In this document: piece by piece, positions 1-11,000 of the stretch
Position numbering within the stretch: position 1 is the stretch's first letter
Layout of the letters: each line of letters begins with the position of its first letter
IMG/VR virus record: IMGVR_UViG_3300024246_000002
Coordinates: 610-64,609 of that record
Direction: 5' to 3' (one strand)
DNA from: a virus
Lineage: Duplodnaviria; Caudoviricetes
DNA length: 64,000 bases
The notes under the pieces: generated by a model
Seen by the model: only the letters and a program-made list of their open reading frames with translations
Told to the model about the DNA's origin: nothing
Database searches by the model: none
Position numbers and translations under genes: made by a program

Positions 1-3000
1 TCAGGCCATTACTAGCATTGCTTCCGGTGTAGCCAACACCTTCACGGCCACAATCGCCAGTTCAGCGGAACTCGCTCCGGGTTGCCAAATTACCATCAAC
101 GGAACCACAAACGATGCGGAGTTTGGCGGGGTAAAAACCGTCGCCAGCGTTCCTGATGGGACGCATATCACATACACAAGTGGGGTGAACGCCGCCGTTG
201 CCATCTCTACGACCACCGCGACAGGCGGCAACGTCCGCTACTTCTTGGGCGACCATCTTGCGCTGCCAACTCCTGGTGCTGGCGGACTCCAGTACGAAAT
301 CTATCTCGGCGGAACGAAAGTTGCGGAGAGCCTAATTGCTAATTTGGGCTACACCGACACCACCTACAACACATGGGACTACTGGGGAGCGACCATCTCA
401 GGCGGCTATCCGGTTAGCTGGTGGGCACCGACGACTGCGCCAGTATCTCCTGTCAATGACACTTACACCGGCTGCATCAGCAACATCGCTGGCACGACTC
501 TTACGCTGGTAAATTGCAGTACTGGCGCGGCTCTCAATCTAGGAAATAGCGTAACGGGAGCGCAGGGAAGATTCGACAACGCTCCCAACATCGCCGCTTG
601 TGTTTCGGCCACAAACGCCAGTGCTGTAACAGGCGCGGGCGGGACTTGCCGCTTCCCAGTGGTTGTTGAGAACAACGCCTCACAAGTCTACTGCTACGAA
701 ATCAGCACCTTCCTGGACCTTACCGGCGTGAATGCCATCATCCAGGACGGTACGGTGTGCTTGCGAGACACCCTGAAATTCAACGGCAACTGGTATGGCA
801 CGGACCTGTCTGCCAAGCGAATGATTAATCCAAGCTTTGGTCTGCGTGCTCACATTCCCATTTTTGTATTCACCGCCAATCCTGGAATCTGGATGAGCGC
901 AGGAAGCAGCGGCTTAAACAAGGTGGATGTGCACGTATTCAACAATGGCGTTGTTGGGGTATTCAACACTGGTGCAAACGGCGCTCAAGTATTCGAGGAT
1001 GACAGTTTTTTCTCCGCCTCCGCCAACGATTACATGAACGTGCTCTTTTATGATTACCAGTCGAGTGCTGCGGGGGCATTCGGATTCAAATTCCGCAATT
1101 CAAGTTTCATTGCCAACAGCGTGCTTAACGGCGGTCAGGCACAGGTTGGGCAAACCACAACACCTGCGTTCATCAGCAAGTTCAACACGTTGATGAATTT
1201 CGACTACATCACAGGCAGCACCCGTGGCATTTATATCGTTCCCCATGTTTCGGGCCTATCGGGACGTTTCATCGGCGGCGAAGAGTGGCAGGGTAACATC
1301 ACGCCCATCATCACCTTTCAGCCGTACTACGCAGGGAACACGGCTGGTTTCTACTCCATCATGGATTTGTATAACGACACCGGGCCAGCCCCGATGGTGG
1401 CGTACATTCCCAGCCCGGCAGCTTCGCTCGGCGCAACGATTCAAATCAATGGCTCCGATCTGCCATCTGCGAATGGACCACTAGTCTCCGGCTCTCCCTT
1501 CGCCTCACTCATCCTGCAAAACATCAGCGCAACGAACGCCTTGCAACTCGGCCAGAACATGAACACCACATCCATCGGGCAGACGAATGGCTCCTTGCCC
1601 GGAATCAGGACGGCGAGCTTGGCGACAGCCGCCGTCAATTACACCGGGAATCACACGCTCACAAAGGCGGAGGGCGCGGTCAACGCTCAAGGCACGCTGA
1701 CCTTCACGATTGACACCACGCTTGGCGACGGGCAGATGTGGGATGTCTACAGCGAAACAGGCACAACGACGCTGACGGTTAGTGCGGGAACGCTCCACGG
1801 CAACGCGGCCACCGGCAACATCACGATTCCCAACAATTCCGGGATGCACGTGTTCCTGAAGGGTGGGAACGCCTATGCCTATGGATTGGGCGGAGGAGGC
1901 GGTGGTGGAGGCTGCACACCGGGAGGCACAACGAACGCATCGCTCTATAACGGCGGTGGTGGAACCTGTGCTGGTGTGAACTCGCCCACAGTCAATGGCA
2001 ACTATATCTTGAACTACAATGTGACAGCTTCCGCATCGGTTGCGCCAACTATTAATCTTCCTGGTGTGCCTGTGAATCCACAGACAGGCGCAACCTATAC
2101 TCTTCTCTACAGTGACCGTGGTTCATTGATTACCGCGACAAACGCGGGAGCGCAGACCTACACGCTCGTCAATCCATCCTCTACGGGATTCGGCTCCAAC
2201 TATTTTTTCGTTCTGAAAAATGCCGGGACTGGCGCAGTGACGATGGCCGCCAGTGGATTCACTATCAATGGAGCAGCATCTTTGGTTGTTCTGCCGGGTT
2301 GGACGATGTTCACGTGGTCTGACGGTGTGAACTATCTTGCATCCCGATTACTAGATTTCAGTGGCATTGTCGATTGCAAAGACGTTGGTGGAAACCATTT
2401 GAACATGGATGCAACGACTCCGCTCGGCCTTAGCTGCGGAACGAGCGCATCCGGTAATGGGCTATCTGGCATGACGACTGGACAGGTGCCCATCGCCAAT
2501 ACCGCAACATCTGTGACTTCCTCCAAGGCTCTTGCTGGGGCAGGAACTGGAATTGTTACTGGCCCCACGAGCTCAGTCAATACGGACTTAGTGGACTATA
2601 GCGGGACTGGTGGACAGACCGCTGATTCTGGCGTGCTCTTGGCAAATGTGTGGCGCAAGGATGTGGCAAATATTTCTGCTGCGGTGAATCATGATTTCTC
2701 AGCAGGGACGATTAAACTTCCCGCTGGTGCAGGCGCAACGGCCAGTGCATCTTCAAATGAAATCCTCGACACCACAAACAAGAATGTCCATGACTTCGTA
2801 AACGGGGCGGATTCGATTCGCGCCAACTTCGCATCCGCACCCACCACAGGAGATTGCATCAAGGGTATAATTACGGCGGGGAATCTCTTGCTTGCAGACG
2901 GTGGCGGCCTGAACTGCGGAATCCAGAACACCACCACCACAAATCCCACCACGGCAGTTACTGGTAACTCCTGTTCTGCTGCGGCCACAACCGTAACGAT

Positions 3001-3196
3001 GACTGGCCTAACCAGCACCATGACGATCACTTTTACGCCCAATGCGGACATCACCGCTTCAGTTGGCTGGGGTTCTACGGGCGGACTCGTAATCGTAGCG
3101 TGGCCCACGACAAATACCGTGAACTACAAAATCTGCAACCAGACCGGAAGCAGCATAACTCCGGGAGCAGTGACCTGGAATGTGAGCGCCCGATGA
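1..3196 (+). CDS. Tail fibre/adhesin-like protein, 5'-truncated (frame open from base 2)
   Basis: The reading frame is open from position 2 through the 1003-aa ORF. It is Thr/Gly/Asn/Cys-rich and beta-rich with a GGGGGGGG linker, and has a C-terminal domain (PTTNTVNYKICNQTGSSITPGAVTWNV) shared with other structural-region ORFs. Confidence 0.7.
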   Translation, partial: QAITSIASGVANTFTATIASSAELAPGCQITINGTTNDAEFGGVKTVASVPDGTHITYTSGVNAAVAISTTTATGGNVRYFLGDHLALPTPGAGGLQYEIYLGGTKVAESLIANLGYTDTTYNTWDYWGATISGGYPVSWWAPTTAPVSPVNDTYTGCISNIAGTTLTLVNCSTGAALNLGNSVTGAQGRFDNAPNIAACVSATNASAVTGAGGTCRFPVVVENNASQVYCYEISTFLDLTGVNAIIQDGTVCLRDTLKFNGNWYGTDLSAKRMINPSFGLRAHIPIFVFTANPGIWMSAGSSGLNKVDVHVFNNGVVGVFNTGANGAQVFEDDSFFSASANDYMNVLFYDYQSSAAGAFGFKFRNSSFIANSVLNGGQAQVGQTTTPAFISKFNTLMNFDYITGSTRGIYIVPHVSGLSGRFIGGEEWQGNITPIITFQPYYAGNTAGFYSIMDLYNDTGPAPMVAYIPSPAASLGATIQINGSDLPSANGPLVSGSPFASLILQNISATNALQLGQNMNTTSIGQTNGSLPGIRTASLATAAVNYTGNHTLTKAEGAVNAQGTLTFTIDTTLGDGQMWDVYSETGTTTLTVSAGTLHGNAATGNITIPNNSGMHVFLKGGNAYAYGLGGGGGGGGCTPGGTTNASLYNGGGGTCAGVNSPTVNGNYILNYNVTASASVAPTINLPGVPVNPQTGATYTLLYSDRGSLITATNAGAQTYTLVNPSSTGFGSNYFFVLKNAGTGAVTMAASGFTINGAASLVVLPGWTMFTWSDGVNYLASRLLDFSGIVDCKDVGGNHLNMDATTPLGLSCGTSASGNGLSGMTTGQVPIANTATSVTSSKALAGAGTGIVTGPTSSVNTDLVDYSGTGGQTADSGVLLANVWRKDVANISAAVNHDFSAGTIKLPAGAGATASASSNEILDTTNKNVHDFVNGADSIRANFASAPTTGDCIKGIITAGNLLLADGGGLNCGIQNTTTTNPTTAVTGNSCSAAATTVTMTGLTSTMTITFTPNADITASVGWGSTGGLVIVAWPTTNTVNYKICNQTGSSITPGAVTWNVSAR

Positions 3197-3897
3197 AATT
3201 TATTTTCTTCCTGCTCACTCTATTTCTGCCGCAAGGTCCAGCGGTTCCGGGTCACACCGGAGCGATTGGCGGCGGTGGCGGAGGATCTGCTCCATCTCTC
3301 GACGGAACTACTTGCACTGGTCAGACGTTCGGTGCAGCATCGCAGACCTGCGTGTTCAGCAGCAACCTCGTCTCTGGCCGCGGAATCCAGATGGTGTACT
3401 TTGCCGGGAGCGGCGGGACACCCACGATCAGCGGATGCGGCATCACCTGGACGACAGACACAGGCTCGCACAACATCAACACGGCAACAGGGATTGCGGC
3501 ATCGAGCGCAGCCTGCACGGTGACGATTACGGCGGCATCTGGCACACCGTCAATGGGCGTGGTTGGAGCGGAGATTCAGAATACGAGTGGGGTAGATGTA
3601 AGAAGTGGCAGCAACGTATCGGTAATTTCCGCAACGGCAACGGTTGCATTCAACTGTCCTGCGGTGACAACCACCGTAAACAATGACCTCGTGTTTTGTC
3701 TCTTATCGGATGCCAACGGCAACAACGGAACCTACACGGCAGGGACGGGTTTTACGCTTAGTAGCGTGACTTCGGGATTCAAGACTGCATTCGAGACAGA
3801 AACTCTCGCTTCGGCGGGGGCAGTGACACCGCAAGCGATCTATTCCCTTAACGCCGTGGGCGCTATGGCAACTTCTACGATTGCGTGGAAACCATGA
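3193..3897 (+). CDS. Secreted-type beta-sandwich protein (putative fibre/decoration component) with N-terminal signal peptide
   Basis: ATGA overlap with the upstream stop. The N-terminus is MKFIFFLLTLFLPQG, followed by a poly-Gly linker and a Cys/Thr-rich domain containing TTTVNNDLVF. Confidence 0.65.
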   Translation: MKFIFFLLTLFLPQGPAVPGHTGAIGGGGGGSAPSLDGTTCTGQTFGAASQTCVFSSNLVSGRGIQMVYFAGSGGTPTISGCGITWTTDTGSHNINTATGIAASSAACTVTITAASGTPSMGVVGAEIQNTSGVDVRSGSNVSVISATATVAFNCPAVTTTVNNDLVFCLLSDANGNNGTYTAGTGFTLSSVTSGFKTAFETETLASAGAVTPQAIYSLNAVGAMATSTIAWKP

Positions 3898-6800
3898 AAC
3901 GACTACTCCTATTGCTGCTCTTGCTGCCCATCGGCCTTCGTGCCCAGCACATCGCCATCATCAATTTCTCACACGGCGTTGCGGGCGCGACACTCTCCAG
4001 TGGCAATGATGGCGGCGTATCTGGGCGCATCGCTCAAAGCTGGTACGGTAGCTACGGAGGTTCCGCGCAGGGATGCAGTGGACAGGTTCCTTGCGTAACC
4101 ATTTCAAACTCTAGCGGAGGTCTGACTTACTCTAACACTCCTGTTTGTGGGCCGGTCCCAACGGTTACGGGCAGCCCTATCATGCTCGACTACAATCCAA
4201 CGCTTGCAGGTGGCTCAAGCAATCAGATTGTCGGAATGCAATTTCCATCGAGCGGAGTTTCTACGGTAGTACAGTTCGTTGTGCTGTTTTGCAGCAACAT
4301 CCCGGCAACTCAATCCTTCGGCACCACGGGCGACATGATTCAAATGGTCAGCCCCAACAATCAACTCTCTAACTATAACTGCCAACCCGGTTCTTGCTGG
4401 TTCGCTCTGGAGCATGGGGTTCTCGCCGGAACTCACCCAATGCCTTACACCGTTGGAACTTGGGTTCAACTCGCCGGACAGTACGTGATCGGTGGTACTT
4501 GCGCGGATACAACTTTCTTCACGGACTGCCAGCGCTTAGGTGAATACGATTTGGCTGGAAATCAAATTGGAACTCCTGATTATGGAAGCGGTGGCGGAGC
4601 GGGAAGTCCAGCGCAAATCACACTTGGAAATGGGAACGGAGGTAGCTTTCCAGCGGGGAACTTTCATGTGCAGTTCGCTGGCGTGAAGATGTGTTTGTTC
4701 AACTGTAATGTTGGTATGTTCCCGATGAAGTTCACCCCTGCACCTCCAACTGACGGGCTTATCCCACGCAATCGCACGACTGACTGGACGCGCGCGGGGA
4801 TCCCCGGCAATAACGCGGGCACGCTCCCGTCCTCTGCGTGGACGCAGTTCGGCTCGACGCTCACTGCGGGCAGCTACACAGGCGCGACCATCACGGCTAG
4901 TACGGTCGGCTGCAACAATCAGTTCCTTCGACTAGGCGCGGGAACCTTCACGGTCAGCGGCGGTATTAATCTGCCGTCGAACTGCGAGCTGCGTGGTCTC
5001 GGCGCGGATACCACGTCTCTCATCATGGTCGGGGCCTCCGCGACCTGTCGCACGATAACCGCTGCTGTCTGCATCAAGACGACCGGCGACGGGACGTTCA
5101 TCGGGAATATCCCGGCGGTGAGCTGCAACTGGACGGCGGGGTATGCGCAGGGTGCCACGCAGGTCACGCTCTCGGCGTGCACCGGCGCGGGAATCACGTC
5201 CATCGTCCCCGGAACCATCCTCGCACTCAATCAGTGCGGGACCGGATTCACCGGCGCGAACAACTGTACTGGTACGGCCGTCGATAACGGCGGCCTCTAC
5301 ATGTGCCTTGATAGAATCACCGCAACGCCGACCGGCTGCTCGGCAAACGGCGGCGGCACCTACGAGCGCCCGACTATCGAACTTCCCGTCGTGACCGCCA
5401 TCAACACGGGAACCGGCGTCGCGACCATCTCGCCGCCGCTGACTATGCCGAATTACGCATCAGGGCAGACGCCGCAGGCGCAAATTATCCAGCCTGCGAC
5501 GATGGCGGGCGTGAAGGACATGTCTATCGATTTGAGCGCCACCGGAGCCGACTCCGCCTGCGTCGAACTCTACGACGCATACAAGGTCTGGATTCGCGGC
5601 GTGCGCTGCCTGAATAATAAATTCGAGGCGTTCGCTATTACGCAGACCGCGAACTACATCGTCGAGGACAATTACCTCTACGGAACGACCGCGACGCCGC
5701 CTTCCGGCTATGGCATCCGCCCCTTCTACTCGGCCTACGGACTCGTCGCGAACAACATCTCGCAGAACGTCTACACGCCTATGTTTCAGGACTCGCCGAC
5801 GATGGCGACGGTCTGGGCGTACAACTTCGTCGTCAATAACAACAATCCGGGCAACACATTTATGAATCAGGCGTTCACCGACCACTGGCCGAACTGCTAC
5901 ACGCTCGCGGAAGGGAATATCGCCAACCAGTTCAACCCGGACGATGCACACGGCGCGGCCTGTGTAGACACGACGAATCGCAATCTGTTCACGGGATGGG
6001 AATCGACGCCTGCGACGCCGAAATCCTCGAACACTGTGGCGATTCAAGATCAGGCGTTCACGCGCTTTCACAATCACATTTTCGACGTGCTCGGCACGCC
6101 GGGGTATCACACGCTGTACTCGACGCTCGGGAACAACAATTCGGTGCTGTGGCTCGGGCAGGGCGTCGGCGGCGTGTCGCCGCCCGTGCCGTCCGACTCG
6201 CTGACCGCCAGCACGACGATCCGCTACGGCAGCTACAACGTGGTGCAGGCGGCGGTGCGTCTCTGCGGCACGTCGCTCAACACCGGATGGGTAGGTCTGT
6301 GTGGCAGCGCGAGTGAATCCGCGCTCACGGCGCCGACGCTACCGGGATTCGCGCCTGCCATCGGCGATGCGGCGATCGGGCAGCCGCCTGCCCCTGCGTC
6401 CTTCATCTTCACCACCCGGCCAAGCTGGTATCCGAACTCGAAGCCGTTCCCGCTTATCGGCCCGGACGTGACCGGCGGCAATCTCGGCCAGTGCTCCGGC
6501 GCGCTTAACGTCGTCGGCCAGTTCAATGGTGTTCCAGCGCTCACAAACGCGCAGTGCGGCGGTCACGGCATCACCGCGTCGGCGTGGGCTGGTCACGTAA
6601 ATTCTAATTCAGCAATGGATTGTTATCTGAACGTGATGAACGGCCCTGTAGATGGTAGTGGAGCAGTACTATCGTTCAATGCGGATAACTGCTACGCCGG
6701 AGCAGTCCCCGCCCCAATCGCCAGCTTCAGCCCTTCCACTGCCAACGTGGGCCAAGTCCCCCTCAACCTCACAAGCAATCCAAGCGGACCCTATACGCTC

Positions 6801-7304
6801 ACGAACATCGGGACAGCCAATCTCGTCAACACTTCCATCACTCTTCCTAACTCACTGTTTTCTATCGTGAGCAATACTTGCGGCTCACCAGCTACAATTA
6901 CGAGCGTTATTCTTGGCACTGGATTCACGCTGACGCCCGGCCAGTTCTGCACATTCAATGTGACCGCCACACCGACCGCCATTGGAGGCAATACCGCCAA
7001 CGCGGTCTTCACCGAGAACACCGCGGGAGGCTCTGATATCTTGGCGCTGAGTGCTACAGGGACAGGAACGCCCTCTCCATCCACTATCATGTTCGCAGGC
7101 ATCATGTCTGACCGTACACTCTGTCCTGTGGTTCCGGCCACAACTCAGCTTTGCTATTCCCTCCAGTGTGCGTGCATGTGGATTTCCATGAACGGCGGCT
7201 CTTATATCCCAATGGGCGTAAGCTCGGTGAATGGCCTATCGGGTAAAGTAGTGCTGCCGATTCCAACGAAGGCCGTGAGCACGACGACGACGGTGATTCA
7301 ATAA
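3894..7304 (+). CDS. Large signal-peptide protein: pectate-lyase-like right-handed beta-helix plus C-terminal ASH/choice-of-anchor-D-type Ig domain (putative tailspike/depolymerase)
   Basis: MKRLLLLLLLLPIGLRAQ signal; IPRNRTTDWTRAGIPG and ELRGLGADTT beta-helix cap; Asn-ladder repeats (WIRGVRCLN, YIVEDNYLY, LVANNISQN); C-terminal YTLTNIGTANL...CTFNVTATPT Ig-like domain. Confidence 0.65.
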   Translation: MKRLLLLLLLLPIGLRAQHIAIINFSHGVAGATLSSGNDGGVSGRIAQSWYGSYGGSAQGCSGQVPCVTISNSSGGLTYSNTPVCGPVPTVTGSPIMLDYNPTLAGGSSNQIVGMQFPSSGVSTVVQFVVLFCSNIPATQSFGTTGDMIQMVSPNNQLSNYNCQPGSCWFALEHGVLAGTHPMPYTVGTWVQLAGQYVIGGTCADTTFFTDCQRLGEYDLAGNQIGTPDYGSGGGAGSPAQITLGNGNGGSFPAGNFHVQFAGVKMCLFNCNVGMFPMKFTPAPPTDGLIPRNRTTDWTRAGIPGNNAGTLPSSAWTQFGSTLTAGSYTGATITASTVGCNNQFLRLGAGTFTVSGGINLPSNCELRGLGADTTSLIMVGASATCRTITAAVCIKTTGDGTFIGNIPAVSCNWTAGYAQGATQVTLSACTGAGITSIVPGTILALNQCGTGFTGANNCTGTAVDNGGLYMCLDRITATPTGCSANGGGTYERPTIELPVVTAINTGTGVATISPPLTMPNYASGQTPQAQIIQPATMAGVKDMSIDLSATGADSACVELYDAYKVWIRGVRCLNNKFEAFAITQTANYIVEDNYLYGTTATPPSGYGIRPFYSAYGLVANNISQNVYTPMFQDSPTMATVWAYNFVVNNNNPGNTFMNQAFTDHWPNCYTLAEGNIANQFNPDDAHGAACVDTTNRNLFTGWESTPATPKSSNTVAIQDQAFTRFHNHIFDVLGTPGYHTLYSTLGNNNSVLWLGQGVGGVSPPVPSDSLTASTTIRYGSYNVVQAAVRLCGTSLNTGWVGLCGSASESALTAPTLPGFAPAIGDAAIGQPPAPASFIFTTRPSWYPNSKPFPLIGPDVTGGNLGQCSGALNVVGQFNGVPALTNAQCGGHGITASAWAGHVNSNSAMDCYLNVMNGPVDGSGAVLSFNADNCYAGAVPAPIASFSPSTANVGQVPLNLTSNPSGPYTLTNIGTANLVNTSITLPNSLFSIVSNTCGSPATITSVILGTGFTLTPGQFCTFNVTATPTAIGGNTANAVFTENTAGGSDILALSATGTGTPSPSTIMFAGIMSDRTLCPVVPATTQLCYSLQCACMWISMNGGSYIPMGVSSVNGLSGKVVLPIPTKAVSTTTTVIQ

Positions 7305-8002
7305 TGGGCTGGGGCCAAGGACGATTCGGCTGGGGCACCTACAATAGCGATGCTCCACAGTTCGACGTGACCGACCAGACCATTCTCTCGTCCGTCCAGC
7401 TCTCTCTGCTCGAACCCGACACTCAGGGCGCTTTCTATCAGTCTAAAATCTGGACTCCCACTCAAGTAATCCAATACCTAAATGACCGTCAGCGGAGATT
7501 TCTGAGCGAGAGCGGCGTCTCGGTCATGGTGGCCTACCAAGCGGGTCAATCGAACCAGTTCCGCTACTCCATCCCGCAGAACGTCATCGACCTTCGCCGC
7601 GTGGCATGGGCCAATGAAACCGACCCGATGGCCTACACGGAGCTTCCGCGCGCGACTGGCTGGGAACTAGACCATGGCGTCACAGGATGGCCCACGAAAA
7701 CCGCCACACGTCCCGAGGTCTACATGGAAGACCATCTCCCGTCGCTTACGATCGCAGTGAACCCGACTCCCACCGATGCTGGAGAGATGGAGATCATCGC
7801 CAATGCCCAAGGAACTCAAGTGGACGGCTCAGGAATATTCCTATCGGTCCCGGATGACTACACTCCTTATTTGGCTTGGGGTGTTCGTGCGGATATGCTT
7901 GTGGGCGAGTATGAAGGGAATGACCCGAAACGCGCCCAGCACTGCGAGGACAGATTCAGCGAAGGGATTGAGCTTGCGCGGATCCTGACAGGGGAGATAT
8001 AG
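7304..8002 (+). CDS. Head-tail adaptor/tail ring protein (P22 gp4/T7 gp11-like)
   Basis: 232 aa with a WTPTQVIQYLNDRQRRF helix motif, immediately upstream of the nozzle gene; resembles 62481..63170. Confidence 0.6.
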   Translation: MGWGQGRFGWGTYNSDAPQFDVTDQTILSSVQLSLLEPDTQGAFYQSKIWTPTQVIQYLNDRQRRFLSESGVSVMVAYQAGQSNQFRYSIPQNVIDLRRVAWANETDPMAYTELPRATGWELDHGVTGWPTKTATRPEVYMEDHLPSLTIAVNPTPTDAGEMEIIANAQGTQVDGSGIFLSVPDDYTPYLAWGVRADMLVGEYEGNDPKRAQHCEDRFSEGIELARILTGEI

Positions 8003-8003
8003 G

Positions 8004-11000
8004 GTGGGCGTAGAAGTCCAACACGACGGTCCAGAGAAGTTCGCGCTCGCGGGCTTGGACCTGAACGTCCCAGTGGACCTCGTCCCCGTCGCCAAGTACT
8101 CCCGAGCAACGAACGTCGTCAGCAAGATTGAAGGCCAGCTCCAGACGCGCAACGGCACGGCGCTCATCACGGCGCTTCCGTCGCCCTTCGTTGGCCTTAC
8201 GTATCCGATAACGTCCGCGGTCAGGAACCTGACTCTTCCGCCACAGTGGACGGTTCCCTTCGTTCCATTTCCTGCGGGAACTGTGATTCAGACGACAGGA
8301 TGCTCCAATCCCTCTTACAACGGCACCTTCACGGTCAATCAAATTGTGTTTCCTGGAACCACATTCACCACCAGCAACGGCGCAATTCCTGCGAGCAGTA
8401 ATTCCACAGGAGGGTTAATTACCGTTCTGTCCGGGCCAACGGGACCAGTCAATACTCTATTTCTGCTCACCCAGTACGTTCCGGGAGTGGTAAGCGAGCG
8501 TCTCGCGGCGAACGCGGATGGGAATATCTACACCGCTCCGTTGCCTGGAGGGAACGTATTCACCCAGCTTCTCGGCGGCCCGACGTTCGATGGCTCACCG
8601 CTCTCTATCGTCCAGTTCCGCTTTGATTCCGACCCTGCGGTGTGGGCCATCATCGCCAACTCGAACGGGATGATGAAGCGCCGCGCTGGATACTATCAAG
8701 TGCTGGGCGTCGCGCCTCCAACGCTTCAAGCCGTGGCGACGGCTGGCGGTGCTGGGTTGCTCAATTCAAGCACCGGGACGCCCTACGATTGGCGCTACAC
8801 TTACCTGAATCCGGTCACTCAGAGCGAATCCAATCCCTCGCCTATCATGGTGACGCCAACTGTGACGCGGCCGACAGTATTCACGAACCCTGCGGTTGTG
8901 GGCGATGGAGCGTTCACGAATCCGGGGAATGCGATTGACGGAAGCACGGTGACGTTCGCTCAAGGCGTCGCCACGACGAGCACTATCGGCGCGACAGTCA
9001 CGACGGATTGTCTATGGCGCGCCGCCGCTGCTAACGCCATCGGAATCCTCCAAACCTTGACGCTCAATCTAAATCGCTCGTTCACCCTTATCCAGTCTGG
9101 ATTCGGCCAAGGGACCTACCAATCCTTCTATTCGCTCGACGGCGGTGTTACGTTCACGGGGATTGAAGGCGGCTCAGGGACGTTCGCGCAAGGAACCGCG
9201 AGTGTTAGTCTCCCACCTGGAACCGACTTCACGCAGATTGTAGTCAAGACTGTCATCACAGCGCACGTTCGCATTACTGGCGCGGGCTCCGCTACTTCCA
9301 CGGGGAAAGTGTTCGACATCAATCTCAGCGCGGTCGGCGTGAACGGCACCGTTCTCACGCTCGCTCTCACCAATCAGTCGGCGAATGTGTGTATCACGCC
9401 GCCCACGGACCCACAAGAGACCTCAGCGCGGCTCTACCGCCGCGGAGGCACTCTACCTAACAATTGGTTCTTCGTCGGCGAGTTCACAATCGCATCTCTC
9501 GTTCAGGGCTCATGCGGCGCTGGGACATTGCTCATCAACGACAATGTTCCAGACTCGGTAGCTCAGGTAGGGAACATTCTCCAGATTGATAACTTCCAGC
9601 CCATTCAGAGCGTCCAAGCGGTCAATTTCCCCTTGCCCGTCATATTCGTCTCCTCAGGCACAGGGCGTCTCCTTGGTTGTGGCGACCCGGCGCGTCCCGA
9701 CGCCGTCTACTTCTCGAACGCGGGGAACGCTGACCTGTGGGGCGCAGAGGCATGGGTCGTCGTCGCCAATCCCGGCGAGCAGTGCATGAACGGACTCGAC
9801 TACAATCTGCGGACGTTCGTCTTCTCGCGCGAGCGGATGTACATAATGCTCCCGAATATCGTCGCCGGGGTGACGTTCACTCCCGCTGAGACCGCATGTA
9901 GGCGGGGCCTCAAGGGACGCTGGGCGTTCACCGCAGGCGAGCAGGGAATCTACTTCGTCTCAAAGGACGGAATATATCGCACTCAGGGCGGTCCTGAGTC
10001 GAGCATCATCGACGATTCCATCCGCCCTCTCTTCCCCGTGAACGACGCTGAAGCGGGGACACCGACGAACGGCTACGACGCCATCGACATGGACGACGAG
10101 GATGGATTGAGGATGGCCTATCACAACGGCGAGGTGTGGTTCTTCTACACAGGGTTGACGACCGGGCTGCGGCAGATTCTCATCTACGACGAGCGCCGCT
10201 CTCGCTGGCGTCCCGCCACCTACACCAACCAGATGAACATGAACTATTCGGAGCCCAACACTGATTCGTCGCTCATCTTCGGTGGAACAGACGGCGACGT
10301 CTATCAGGTCTCGGGCTCAACGGATGAAGGGAACGCTCCAATTGCGGTCGAAATCACAACGGGAGCATTCGATCAAGGCCGCCCGCTCAACCTGAAGGAA
10401 TATCTGACGGTCAATTTCGACGTGGATCCTGGTGGGGCGTCCACTCTAAGCCCAATCATCGTTATTCCCCGCATCAATGGCGAGACCGCCTCGGAGTTCG
10501 CACTCCAGATTATCGGCTCCGGTCGCCAGCGCGTCACACTATCACTCAATCAAGCTGGAGTCGAAGTTTACGCCTATAACATGGAATTCGATATCCAGTG
10601 GCAGGGCTCAGCCACCGTCAACCCAATCTTCTACCAGTATGAGATTCTCTACCGTCACGAGCCCACTGAGACGACGCACTGGGAGTTACCTCAGACCGGG
10701 CTCGGGATGGAGGGATGGTTCCATATCCGAGACATCTATGTGGTGCTTCGGTCACAGGCTCCAGTAACGCTCACGGTGACACCCGGCGTAGCCGGCGCAA
10801 CGCCGCTGACGTTCACGCTCCCTAGTACGAACGGCGCGAAAGACACCCTTTACATCCAATTGCCGATGAACAAGGCTAATAGCTATGCGTTCGCGCTGGA
10901 TTCAACCGTCCCGTTCCGTGTCTACGCCGAGGATTGCGCAGTCCGCGTGAAGCAGTGGCTCACGAATCTCGGCTACAAGAGCGTCCCGATTCTGTCGCGC

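Noticed and set aside
1-7304. Diversity-generating retroelement acting on the fibre genes
   Set aside because: No reverse transcriptase motif and no template/variable repeat pair differing at adenines was seen.
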